Positions 1 to 12,094 of a stretch of 64,000 nucleotides of DNA are shown piece by piece. How positions within the stretch are numbered: position 1 is the first letter of the stretch; every line of letters begins with the position of its first letter. The position numbers were made by a program, and so were the translations under genes. The notes under the pieces were generated by a model that worked only from the letters and a program-made list of their open reading frames with translations, did not search any database and was not told where the DNA came from. Source of the DNA: Pristiophorus japonicus (lineage: Eukaryota); contig NC_091977.1 of the NCBI RefSeq assembly GCF_044704955.1, positions 12,462,001 to 12,526,000 of the forward strand, read 5' to 3'.

Positions 1-244
1 CTCCATTCCACTGAATAGTTGACAGCTTCAAAAATGGTTTAAAAGCTGGATACAGTTATTTGCACTGTGAAAATGGTCTGATTGGCTCTCCATTATCACA
101 TGACCTGATTGATGAATGGTCCCCTTGCAGGATAAGCCGCACCTAGAGGTTTCTGTGGAATGTGTAAATGGAACCACTCAGCCCAAGTTTTGAGTGACTT
201 TGCAAAGTGTAATTCGAGCCATTCTGACTTCAGAACCCAGAGAG

Positions 245-455
245 TGTCATGTTCAGAATAACTCCACAAGACTATACTGTAAGGTTAAACTGTTGTGACC
301 TTGGTCTCTTTAATGTAACTCCAGAGTAAGGAAGCAGCTTGGTAGACTGCCTTTTATACTTGCTTGCCCGGGGTGTGCAGGTGACCTTTGGGTCTCCAAC
401 AGGTGTGCCCCCTGGTGGCAAGTCTTACACACTAGTAAAGTTTACATACATAACA
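245..455 (-). mobile_element. Solo LTR (Gypsy-type), 211 bp, 5-bp TSD GAGAG
   Basis: TG...CA termini; GAGAG at 240-244 and 456-460; minus strand has TATAAAA and ATTAAA; resembles the LTRs at 56760 and 46922. Confidence 0.85.
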
Positions 456-469
456 GAGAGGATAGATAT

Positions 470-870
470 CCACCAACCCAGCAAATGTTCCTGACCCCAG
501 CCCAGCCCAAGAGCACGCCTCCCCCAGCCAAAGTTCCTGACCCCAGCCCAAGTTTAAGATGGAGATAGGCAGATTTTTGAGCGATAATGGAGTGAAGGGT
601 TATGGGGGGCTGAGCCCATGATCTTATTAAATGGCGGAGCAGGCTCAAGGGGCCAAATTGCTTACTCCTGCTCCTATTTCTTATGTCCTTATGTAATTTC
701 ATGCCTCCTCCAATCGAAGTTCCTGTCACCCCCAGCCCAAGTTCATCCACGCCCCCCCCCCCGCCAAGCCCAACATCATGCCTCCCCCAGCCTAAGTTCC
801 TTACCCCCACAGCCCAAGTTCATGTCCACCCCCCAGCAGCACATGTTCCTGTCCTGATCACCCCACAACC
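470..870. repeat. Degenerate minisatellite (CCCCAGCCCAAGTTC-like units), interrupted by a CR1 3' tail
   Basis: Variants of ccccagcccaagttc recur at ~495, 521, 541, 731, 785 and 806. Confidence 0.6.
553..697 (+). mobile_element. CR1 LINE 3' end fragment
   Basis: ggcggagcaggctc...actcctgctcctatttcttatgtccttatg matches the 3' UTR and tail of other CR1 copies in the window (e.g. 39470-39532). Confidence 0.8.
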
Positions 871-1053
871 CCACCACAGATGGGGCATTTTGTGTTGGTC
901 ACAGATTGTTAACAGGTTTATTGGTATGAAGTGAATAGTGACAGTGTTGTGACTTCCGGATTTCATCCACTCTTAACGATGTCTCTTCCACTTTCCAAGA
1001 AATTGAGTGTGGATGCAAAGGGGTTTGGAAGAACGTGATACGTCTTCCCTGAA

Positions 1054-2226
1054 TTCCCTCTCTCCCCTCCGATCCCCCCCCCTCCCGCTTCCCCCCTCTC
1101 TCCCCCTCCTTTCTCTTTCCATCCTCCGTGTCTCTCTCTCCCCCCGCCGTGTCTCTCTCTCGCCCCCCACCACCCCATGTCTCTCTCTCTCTCTCTCCCC
1201 CCTGTACATCTTTCCCTCCTCCCATGTCTCTCTCTCTGTTACCCGACCCCCCGCCGTGTCTCTCTCTCATTCACCCAATGTCTCTCTCTGTCTCTCCCCC
1301 CATCGCGCCGTGTCTCTCTCTCTCTCTCCCCCCGTGTCTCTCTGTCTCTCTGCCCCCCCATCTCTCTCTCTCCCCCTGCCCCCCACCTCTCTCTCCCCCC
1401 TGCCTGCCGCCACTTTCTCCCCCTTCGCCTGCTGCCTCTCTCTTCCCCCACCCCCGGCCGCTGCCTGCTCTCTCTCTCTCTCTCCCCCAGTTCTCCCCCG
1501 CACCCCCCACAGCCGTGTGTCTCGCTCTCTCCTCCCCCACCCTCCCCGTGTCTCTCTTTCTGTCTCCTCCCGCCTCGTGTCTCTCTCTCCCTCCCCATGT
1601 TGCTCTTTATCTCCCCTCCCAGCCTCTCTCTCTCTCTCTCTCTCTTCCCAGTCTCCCTCTCTTCCTCTCCTCAGTCTCTCTCTCTCTCTTTCACCCACCG
1701 TGTCTCTCTCTCTCTCTCCCCCGTGTCTCGCTCTCTGCCTACCGCCTCGCCTTTCTCCCCCGGCCCATCGCCTCTCTTCCTCTGCCCACCACCTCTCTCC
1801 CTCCCGCCCGCCTCTCTCTCCTCCCCGCTCGCCACCTCTCTCTCCTCCCCGCCCATCACCTCTCTCTCCTCCCCGCCCATCGCCTCTCTCTCCCCCCCTC
1901 CGCCGCCTCTCTCTACCCTCTGCCTATCACCTCTCTCTCCTCGCCTGCTCACCTCCTCTCTCTCCCCCCCCCCCGCCCACCACCTCTCTATGTCCCCGCC
2001 CGCCGCCTCTCTCTCCTCACCTCCCCGCCTGCCGCCTCTCCCCCCCCCCTCCCACCCGCTGCCTCTCTCTCCCTCCACCTCCCACCCACTGCCTCTCTCT
2101 CACCCCCAGCCACCGCCTCTCACTCCCCATTCCCCGGCTGCCGCCTGCTGCCTCTCTCTTCCTCCACCTCCCACCCGCTGCCTCTTCCTCACCCCCCAGC
2201 CTCCGCCTCTCACTCCCCCTCCCCAG
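1054..2226. repeat. ~1.2 kb C/T-rich low-complexity polypyrimidine tract
   Basis: Almost only C/T on the + strand, with (CT)n and cctctctctcctccccgcc-like units; the long S/L/P-rich ORFs are compositional artefacts. Confidence 0.95.
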
Positions 2227-2339
2227 GGCATCAGCAGCTGACCACGTTGCTGCCTGGAAGGCCAGGGATGGCCTCACCATTGCCTGATTTACTTCACTTG
2301 ATGCTGTACACACTGGCTACCACATGATGCGCCAGGTTG

Positions 2340-2946
2340 GTATGATATATTCTTACTACATCACTAACAAACATACTTTACAAGGTGGCTCTGATACAGA
2401 AACTGTCATCATGTGACTTTGCCACGTCATCCTTTATTATTTACATCAGTAGTTGCAGTACATCAGTAGTCCACTAGGTGGAGCAGTAGTCCACTTGGGG
2501 GAGCTTTATTACACTTCTCCCTCTTTAATGAAAAAGTAATCATGTCAAAATAATCATCTTACATAAACTTGCATGGTTATACACAAACAAAGATCAACTT
2601 ATTTTTCCATATTTACAAATCAAACTTAACCATTGGTTTTCTGTTTGAAGAGGATACCTTCCCTCTCAAACAGAACTTTCCAAACTTGTTGTCGAACCTA
2701 GACTCATTCTAGGCTGAGCCTGAGGAGAGTTTTTCTCCAAAGGCAGCCCTTGATCTACATTTGAACTCTCCACAACTTCAGACTATTTGTCTGCCTGACT
2801 CGGACTCAGACTTACATTCTGACTTTCTCTTGGACTTGCTTCTCGTACTCTCGTACTTCTGATGTAAGATTTGCTACTGGTACTCTACTTGTAACAAGAC
2901 TATCTGAATCATCAGAAATAATCGAACCATTCCAACTTTCAACTCC
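2340..2946 (-). mobile_element. Gypsy 3' fragment (integrase tail, PPT, start of 3' LTR)
   Basis: ~2598-2946 aligns with 47288-47628, which adjoins integrase-like ORFs; minus-strand purine tract GAGGGAGAAG then TG at 2513. LTR far end approximate. Confidence 0.65.
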
Positions 2947-4355
2947 TGGTGAGAGAGGAAAACCAGGGAATTATAGACCAGTTAGCCTAACATCTGTTGT
3001 CAGGAAATTGCTATCGTCTATAATTAAGGATAGGGTGACTGAACACCTCGAAAATGAGAGCCAGCATGGATTTGTGAAAGGTAGGTCATGCCTGACAAAA
3101 CTGATTTAATTTTTTGAGGAGGTGACTATAGTAGTGGACAGGGAAATGAAATGTCTATGGAGGTTATTTATATGGACATCCAGAAGGCATTTGATAAAAT
3201 CACACATAAGAGACTGTTAACTAAGGTAGAAGCCCTGGGAATTGAGGGCAAATTATTGACCTGGTTAGGAAATTGGCTGAGCGGTAGGAGACAGGCAGTA
3301 GGGATAATGGGTAGGTACTCAAATTGGCAAGCTGTGTCTAGTGGTGTCCCGCAAGGATCTGTGTTGGAGCCTCAACTATTCACCATATTTATTAAAACAT
3401 GATGATGGGATAGAAAGTCATAAATATCCAAATTTGCTGATGACACAAAGATAGGCAGCATTGTAGGCAGTGTAGATGAAAGCATAAAATTACAAAGGAT
3501 ATCGTAGGATTAATTGAATGGGCAAAACTGTGGCAAATGGATTTCAATGTAGGCAAATGTGAGGTCATCCACTTTGGACCTAAAAAGGATAGAACAGGGT
3601 ACTTTCTAAATGGTGAAAATCTATAAACAGTGGAGGTCCAAAGAGACTTGGGGGTTCAGGTAAATAGATAATAAAAATGTCATGAACAGGTACAGAAAAT
3701 CATTGTTAAAAGGCCAAAGGAATGCTGGCCTTTATATCTAGAGGACTATAATCCAAGTGGGTAGATGTTATGCTGCAGCTATATAAAACCTTGGTTAGAC
3801 CACACCTGGGATACTGTAAGCAGTTCTGGCACCACACCTTAGGAATTATATATTGGCTTTACAAGGAATGCAGCCTAGATTTATCAGAATAAAACCCGGA
3901 CTTCAAGGGTTCAGTTCAAGGGAGAGATTACACAAATTATGGTTGTATTCTCTTGACTTTAGAAGGTTGAGTGGTTTCATCAAAGTTTTCAAGATATTAC
4001 GGCGAACAGATAGGGTCGATAGAGAGAAACCACATCCACTGGTTGGGAATTCTAGGATTAGCAGGTGTAGACTAGAAATTAGAACCAGACCTTTCAGGAG
4101 TGAAATCAGGAAACATTTCTACACTCAAAGGGTGGTAAAAGTTTGGAACACTGTTCCGCAAACGACAATTGATGCTAGATCAATTGTTAATTCTAAATCA
4201 AATTTTGATAGCTTTTTATTAACCAAAGGTATTAAGGGATATGGACCGAAGGCCGATATACAGAATTAGGTCGCAGATCAGCCATAATCTCATTGAATGG
4301 CAGAACAGGCTCAAAGAGCTCAATGGTCCACTCCTGTTCCTATATTCTATGTATA
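2947..4355 (+). mobile_element. CR1 LINE, degenerate RT and 3' end
   Basis: DIQKAFDK, SGVPQGSVL, KFADDTK and FYTQRVVKVWN motifs with frameshifts and stops. Confidence 0.9.
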
Positions 4356-4635
4356 GGCCATCCAAACCACTTGATTAGATTCTAGCCTTTAACTCACTCC
4401 CAGGTATCCATTATTCTGTACATAAACCACTTGAACCCCTTAATTAGATTCCAGCCTGTAATTCACTACCAACTATTCATTATTCCATATATAAACAACC
4501 TAACCGCTCAATTGGATTCCAGCCTGTAACGCACTCCCAATTATCCATTATTCTGTACAGAAACCACGTGAACCCCTCGATTAGATTCCAGCCTGTAACT
4601 CCCTCCACAGTGTCCGATGTCTATCTATAAACAAT
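4356..4635. repeat. ~65-bp tandem repeat (about 4 units), copy A
   Basis: attagattccagcctgtaactcactccc...atccattattc...aaaccac.tgaacccct repeated; homologous array at 49813-50095. Confidence 0.85.
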
Positions 4636-7600
4636 GCCAATCTGACTGTGATATTTTATCTGTTGACACTAAATAACAGACACCAAGGGGGCAAAATTCG
4701 GTAGTGCACTGTTTGGGGCGCTAAGTCGTTATCTTTTTGAACAGTTCGCGCCCTGTAAGATGGGTTGCAAAATTGTGGGAAATTGGGCACTTTCGCCTCT
4801 AAATGAAGGGAGGTGGTATCTGAGGCACTTATGGCCTCAGTGGGGCACTGCAGGGGTGCTATTACCAGAGAGCTGCACCCAATTTCAGATGATTTTTATT
4901 CAGTGATAATCAGCCTCCTGCTCATTCCAGTTCTTAAAGGAGATGTCGTTTCAGGCAGCACCTGGTCATTTTCATCATTGCTGGAGTTCAATGAGAGCTG
5001 GAAGGAAGTTCTGCGATGGCTGCTCCAATGTCTCTTAGATGGGCCACATGGGTCAATGACCTGGGATTGGAGACATTGGTGGGGGCAGTAAAGAGAATGA
5101 TAAATGCTCTGTTCCCTCTAGCTGGGAGAAGGCCAACCCCACAGGTTTTTAGGGCCATGTGGGCAGAGGTGGCCGCAGAGGTGTCGGTCAGTGCCGTGGT
5201 CGACAGAAGCCCAACACCGTGCTGGAAGAAATTCAACGATATGATTCGGGTGGTCAAGGTGAGTACATGTTTGCACAATTCTTACATTCCAACCTGAGCC
5301 TCAGTCTGTGCACACACTGCGAACCAGCACTTAACCCAGCAGGCAACCACCAACCATCTGTACCTACCCACAGTCACATCCTCATTTCACTCCTTGCCTA
5401 CGTTCACAGCTATTTAACCATGGATGACATAACTTCCATATACATAACTAGACACTTACTCACACAGATTCCTTTCTTTTGCAGGCCAAGATGGCACACA
5501 ACAGAAGGGAGCAGCAGCAGACTGGAGGAGAGAAGCTGAACTGCTCCAGCTGACTGACTTGGAGGAGCGAGTGCTGCGGCTTATTGGCCCGCAGGGTGTG
5601 GGCACTGTGGCCGGCGGAGACATCGAGCTCCCTGGGGGCAACAATGGTATCTTTATCCCCTCTTCTTATCTCACTTTCCTGTTACACCAGAAGGCCTTAT
5701 CACTTTCCAGCTCCTCATACTGTCTGCCTTCCTTGCTCCATTCCTGCCCCCCTGCCCTCACCTTAATGCAACTCTTGTGCCATTTATGTTTTCAGATAAC
5801 CACGCAGCAGATGAGCAGCCTGTTCCTGAGCCCCCCCCCTAACTGAGTCACGAGCGAGAAGAGGGGGACGAGGATGAGGATGAGGAGCCAAGCACTGTAT
5901 CACTGCTTCTCTCACCCACAGGCACTAGCTCAGATACTGGCATTACACGGTCCTTAGAGGTTAGGTTAGTAGAGGGGTCTGCACTGGGTGATGCACCTGG
6001 TCCTAGCCGGCTGCAGCATGATGAAGGGGAAACGGAATCTCAGGAGCCATTTCCCCAGAGGGCGAGTTTCCACGCGAGTTCTTTGGTACAGGACTCAGAT
6101 GAAGACCTCGATGAGGAGGCGGTCACACAAAGGGTGATGATCATGCACTCCAACATGAGAGGTGCAATGGGAAGGATGCCCGAGAGCCTGTCGGTAGCAG
6201 TAAGGAGCATGGAGGAGTCCACTTTCCACATTGTACAGACCTCTGTGTACACCATGGAGCTCATCATTGCCAGTGTGCAGACAACGGTAGACTCCCAGAG
6301 ACCGTACAGATCCAGACCTCATGACGCGTGTCATGGGCGATGTGGCAGCTTCCATTGCAGAACAGGCGGAAGCAACGCAATGTCTTGGTGCTGCATAGAG
6401 TCGATGGTTGCTTGCATGGTAGCTTAGACTGCTCTCGTGCAGTCTCAACTTGATGCCGCACAATGTCTTGGTGCTGTCTTTCAGTCTCAGCTGCATGCCA
6501 CGCAAGCTCTGACTGCTGCCATCGTCACTGGGTCCACCAGTCAACCGGGGATCTCAGTGTCACAGCAGCCCAGCAATCTGTCCTGCAGCAGGTTGGTGGG
6601 GATGCTGAGGTGCTGGCCCGGGCGATTGAACACAATAAGAACATAAGAACATAAGAATTAGAAACAGGAGTAGGCCATCTAGCCCCTCGAGCCTGCTCCG
6701 CCATTCAACAAGATCATGGCTGATCTGGCCATGGACTCAGCTCCACTTACCCACCCTCTCCCCGTAACCCTTAATTCCCTTATTGGTTAAAAATCTATCT
6801 ATCTGTGACTTGAATACATTCAATGAGCCAACCTCAACTGCTTCCTTGGGCAGAGAATTCCACAGATTCACAATCCTCTGGGAGAAGAAATTCCTTCTCA
6901 ACTCGGTTTTAAATTGGCTCCCCCGTATTTTGAGGCTGTGCCCCCTAGTTCTAGTCTCTCCTACCAGTGGAAACGACCTCTCTGCCTCTATCTTGTCTAT
7001 CCCTTTCATTATTTTAAATGTTTCTATAAGATCACCCCTCATCCTTCTGAACTCCAACGAGTAAAGGCCCAGTCTACTCAATCTATCATCATAAGGTAAC
7101 CCCCTCATCTCCGGAATCAGCCTAGTGAATCGTCTCTGTACCCCCTCCAAAGCTAGTATATCCTTCCTTAAGTAAGGTGACCAAAACTGCACGCAGTACT
7201 CCAGGTGCGGCCTCACCAGTACCCGATACAGTTGCAGCAGGACCTCCCTGCTTTTGTACTCCATCCCTCTCACAATGAAGGCCAACATTCCATTTGCCTT
7301 CCTGATTACCTGCTGCACCTGCAAACTAACTTTTTGGGATTCATGCACAAGGACCAATGGTGGAGCTTTGGAGGCATGGCCTAATGAGTTGGAGCCGTGA
7401 GCAGTGAGAGAAGGAGCTGCTGCTTTAGCTCCTGTCTGGGAGGCCTTTGAGAGCCCTGAGACCAGCCCAGGAAGAGGAGGAAGGAAGGGGCTTCATTTCC
7501 ATTCATCCAGAGGGAGAGTAGGAGAGCAGAAGACTGCAACACCTTCATTATTTCAACAAAGAGTTGGAGAGAGGGGGAAAAAAAAGAACAACTTACCAGT

Positions 7601-8280
7601 GTGGAAGGAGGGAAAGACTTCTTCAGCCAAAGGTGGGTGTGTTTTGGTGCATTCCCCAAAAAGACTTTGTTGTATCGGTGGGGGGAGGAAAGAAGACCAA
7701 TCGAGGGCCGGAACATCGCGGGGGGTGTGTGTGTGGAAGTGTATGTGGGAGTCTTGCCTACAGCTAGGCCCACACACCACTGAAGCACCACTCCCCCATT
7801 GCCTAGCCTGGGATAGCTGGAGCTGCCAGGCTGAAGAAACTCAATTACCCTAATTAACATCGTTGGGAGTGTGTACCTGTGTGGCTCCAGCTGCCCCAGG
7901 TGAAGACATCTTCTCCCCCCACCCGAAGACCACCCCAAAGACTGTTTTGTTTGCCATCTGGGGAGTGCACCCACCCATTGCTGTGAGGGGAGACCTGCCC
8001 TCGCAGTTTCCCTCTTTCTCACCCCCCCCTCCCTCTTTCTCTCTTTCTCTGTCTCTCCCCTCTCTCTCTGAGAGCCCTACTCCCAATTGATTGAAAAAAA
8101 ACCCCCCAAAAAAACAATTAAGACAACTGAGCAGAGGGAGCAAGGCCCCTCCCCAATTGCCAACTAGGGGAGAGGAGTGCCTCTTTCAGAGCTCCCTCTG
8201 TTAAATACTTAAACGAGGCCACTTAAGACCATTAAGGCCTGTGACTTTGGGGTGGGTGTAGCCCTTAAAGGGACCCCGTG

Positions 8281-9991
8281 ATGGCGACCCCATCTACGCC
8301 GGTGGCAGGGCCAGCTAGGACATATGCGCAGACGGCATCCACATCCACGGCGCCTCCTGCGCCTTCTGCTGCCCTGCCACCATTCAGACTGATAACTAAA
8401 AAACACGGGGTCAAGCGCTACACTCACCCCACAATGAGCATTGAGGAGTGCGTGCGGGCGATGGCTGGGGTAGTCGGCCCCTCGGCCATTGTCGCAGCCT
8501 CCAAGATGTCTGGGAAGGCTGTGTTCTTCCTGGGGTCGGAGCGGGCGGTATCCCTGGCCCTTGAAAAGGGGCTCACGGTGGGCGGGACGTTCCTGCCGGT
8601 GGACCCTCTCGAGGCCACCGTGCAGAGGGTCATTCTATCGAACGTCCCGCCCTTTGTTCCCGCTGAGCTCCTCCTCCCTCACCTACACCAACTGGGGGAG
8701 GTAAGGTCGGGGATCAACCCCATACCGCTTGGCCTCAGGGAGAACAGCCTGCGCCACGTGTTCTCCTTCCGCCGCCAACTCTTTGTCCGGCTGGCGCGGG
8801 AGGAGACGACGGAGGGAAATTTTAATGTGGTGCACGAGGGGACTGCCTACTGCGTCTTCTGGACGTCGGACAGCGTGCGGTGCCATGCCTGCAGGGAGGT
8901 GGGGCACGTTCGCAAGAACTGCCCCGCCTCCAAAGCCGCCAAACCACCAAAGGCGGCCAAGGCTGGCGCCGCCGCCACCCCTCCCCCTAGTAGCGTCCGC
9001 GTGCGGGGGCATCGTCGGGGGCCTTTGTTTTCACGGTCCCAAACTGCGCCGTAGGCACGAGGAATCTGTCCCCGGGGAGGGTGAGGCAGTCGAGGCTGCC
9101 CAGCCTCTGCCTCCCGGGGATGGCGTGGAAGATCTGCCTGTCGTGGGGGGCGTGGGGCCAGCGGAGGAATGTGTAGCCGCCGGGTCGAGCGTCCCGGGGA
9201 CTGAGGCGGGCGGGGCCGGAAAGGCCGCACCTGAGCCCGCCCAGCCAATAACCGACTTCCCCCGGGATTTGCTCGACTCGGCAGAAAATGAAACCGCAGA
9301 CAATTTTAACATACATCCACACGCTGGGCCGGGGGGTGGCGGCGGGGAGGGGGAAGAACAACAACCCTCGCCCCCTACTTTGGAGCTGAGGGACTTGGTG
9401 GACCTGGAGAACTTCCTAAACCAGGTCGCTCCGTGTTCCCCGGCTCCTGGGGCGGAGGAGGAACCCCTTCCGCTGTCGCTTCCCGACCCAGCACCAATTT
9501 TAAAAGAGCCCAGTGGGGACTCCTCTGCCGACGATCCTGGGGGTGGGATCGGGGCAGAGCCAGGGCCGGATGGAGTGGCCGGGCCGTTTGCCGTACCTCG
9601 TGCGGTCGATGGGCTGGCTGCTAGCGGCGACCTCCCGGAGGGGGACGGGGACTCGGTGGGGGACGCGGGAGAAGATCTCGAGTCCATCGCCAGTGAGGCG
9701 GTGGATCTGCTCGCGTCTGCCGCTGAGACCCTCCTCATTCCTGCAAAGGAACTCTGGGACTTTTTGGTCCAGTGCCGGGGTCGCCGCGACCGAGCTCATC
9801 TGGCCCTGGAAAGATGTTCCGAGCCGGTGTTGATCATCGCGTCCGTCCGCGCCGCCGCTAAAACCATGGCCGCGGGCGGGCCCTTATCAAAGGCGCAAGG
9901 CCTTGAGCTGCGCCGGCTCAAAAAGTTCCTCGCTGGGCTGCTGAAGGAGTGGAGGTCAACAAATGACTCCACTGCCCCCCCCAGACAATAG
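8281..9991 (+). pseudogene. Tx1 ORF1 (nucleic-acid-binding, CCHC knuckle), frameshifted near 9000-9060
   Basis: MATPSTP...VILSNVPPF...SFRRQLFV...CHACREVGHVRKNC; C-terminal acidic part lies in another frame. Confidence 0.8.
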
Positions 9992-10021
9992 GTTAGGTAG
10001 AGGTTGCACTATGCTTTTGCC

Positions 10022-12094
10022 ATGAAGATAACCATAGCCAGCCTCAACATCAATGGCAGCAGAGAGGCACGCCGTAGATTTGACAATTTTTTGCTCCTGC
10101 GGGAGGGGAAATATGCGATGTGCTTCCTGCAAGAAACCCACACCGTTCCGGGAGACGAAGCCACGTGGCTCCTGGAATGGCAAGGAGAGGTCCGCATGAG
10201 CCACCTCACCGCCACTTCTAGTGGGGTGGCCATCTTGCTGGCCCCGCATTTTCAGCCGGAGATCTTGGGGGTCGAGGAGCCCGTGCCAGGCCGCTTGCTG
10301 CACGTAACGGTTCACCTGGGGGACGTGCCGCTCCATCTCGTGAACGTGTACGCCCCTCATCCCGGCCCGCAGCAAACGCGCTTCTTCGAAGAGGTGTCCG
10401 CTCTTCTTGGCTCCGTCGATGTCGGCGACTGCATTGTCCTCGGGGGGGATTTTAACTGCACCCTCGAGGCGAGGGACCGCTCCGGTGCCCCGCAGTGCAT
10501 GACGGCGATGGAGAAGTTGAGGGACCTGGTCGGGTCCTTCGACTTGGTGGACGTCTGGCGAAATCTCCATCCCGACTCCAGCGCCTTTACTTGGGTGAAG
10601 CCTGGAGTAGGATGGTCCAGAGTCGACCGCCTTTACGTGTCTCGGGCGTACGTTTCCTGCGTCCCGGCGGCCTCCATGCGGCCGGTGCCGTGTTCGGACC
10701 ACCACCTGGTGTGGGCGGAGCTCGCTTCGCTCCGCGCGAGGACGGGGTCCGCGTACTGGCACTTTAACAACCGGCTGCTGGAGGACGTGCGGTTCCAGGA
10801 CTCGTCCCGTCGATTCTGGTCCGACTGGAGAAGGAAGCAGGGGGGCTTCCCCTCCTTGAGGCTGTGGTGGGACGTGGGCAAGGCTCACGTCCACGTCTTC
10901 TGTCAAGAGTACGCGAGGGGGTCGACCAAGAGGCGGGCGGCCAGGGTCGGGCGCCTAGAAAAAGAGGTGCTCGACCTAGAGTCCCGTCTCGGTCAAGTCG
11001 TCCAGGACCCGGCCCTGCGGACGGTATACGAAGCGAAGAAGGCCGCGCTGAAGGACCTGCAGCTCGTCGGGTCCCGAGGCGCGTTCGTGAGGTTGCGGAT
11101 CCGGTTCCTGCGGGATCTGGACCGCGGCTCCCCCTTCTTCTACTCGCTGGAAAAAAGACAGGGTGTCCGTAAGCAGCTCTTGACGCTGCTGGCCGACGAC
11201 GGCTCTCTCGTCTCGGATCCGGAGGGCCTCAACAACAGGGCCCGTGAATATTACGGGGCCCTGTTCTCTCCGGAGCCGTCCAGCGAGGAAGCGCGTAGAG
11301 TTTTGTGGGAGGATCTGCCGAAGGTCAGCCCGGAGGGCGCTGAAAATCTGGAAGCTCCGCTAAGCCTGGCGGAGCTGACCGGTGCCCTCGACCGGATCTT
11401 GAGGGGAAAATCCCCGGGGCTGAACGGGCTGACCGTGGAGTTCCACAGGGCGTTCTGGGACGTCCTGGGGGGCGACTACGCGCGGGTCCTGGGGGATAGT
11501 CTGGCGACCGGGGAGATGCCCCTCTCTTAGCGCAGGGCAGTCATCGTCCTGCTGCCTAAGAAGGGCAATCTCCGCCTCCTTAAGAACTGGCGCCCGGTCT
11601 CCCTCCTCAGCACGGACTACAAAATCTTCGCCAGGGCGATGTCTGCTCACCTTGGCGCCGTGCTGGACCACATAATCCACCCCGACCAGTCCTACACGGT
11701 CCCGGGCCGGACAATCCACGATAACATCCATCTGGTCCGGGACCTCATCCATCATTCCCAGGAGGCTGGTCTGTCGGTCGCCTTCCTATCCCTCGACCAA
11801 GAGAAGGTGTTCGACAGGGTGGATCACGACTACCTGCTCGGAACTCTGCGCGCTTTTGGGTTCGGGACGCATTTCGTCGCCCGGATCCGACTTTTGTACG
11901 CCGCCGCGGAGTGTCTGATTAAGGTTAACGGGTCCATGACGGCGCCCCTTCGCTTTGGGAGAGGGGTGCGCCAGGGATGCCCCATGTCCGGCCAGTTATA
12001 CGCCGTCTGCATGGAGCCTTTCCTGCGCCTCCTGCGGACGAGGTTGACGGGACTGGCTCTGCAAGGGCCGGGCGTGGAGGTCGTCCTCTCGGCT
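10022..12094 (+). pseudogene. Tx1 ORF2 (APE endonuclease + N-terminal RT), in-frame TAG at 11528-11530, ends before YADD
   Basis: MKITIASLNING, LQETH, VNVYAP, GGDFN, SRVDRLY, SDHH, KNWRPVSLL, LDQEKVFDRV, GVRQGCPMSG, then VVLSA and truncation. Confidence 0.9.

Noticed and set aside
1007-2327. Long S/L/P-rich (+) and R/E/G-rich (-) ORFs
   Set aside because: They arise from the lack of stop codons in a C/T low-complexity tract and are open in several frames at once.
4356-4635. CRISPR-like array
   Set aside because: Degenerate head-to-tail ~65-bp units without unique spacers, in a vertebrate context.
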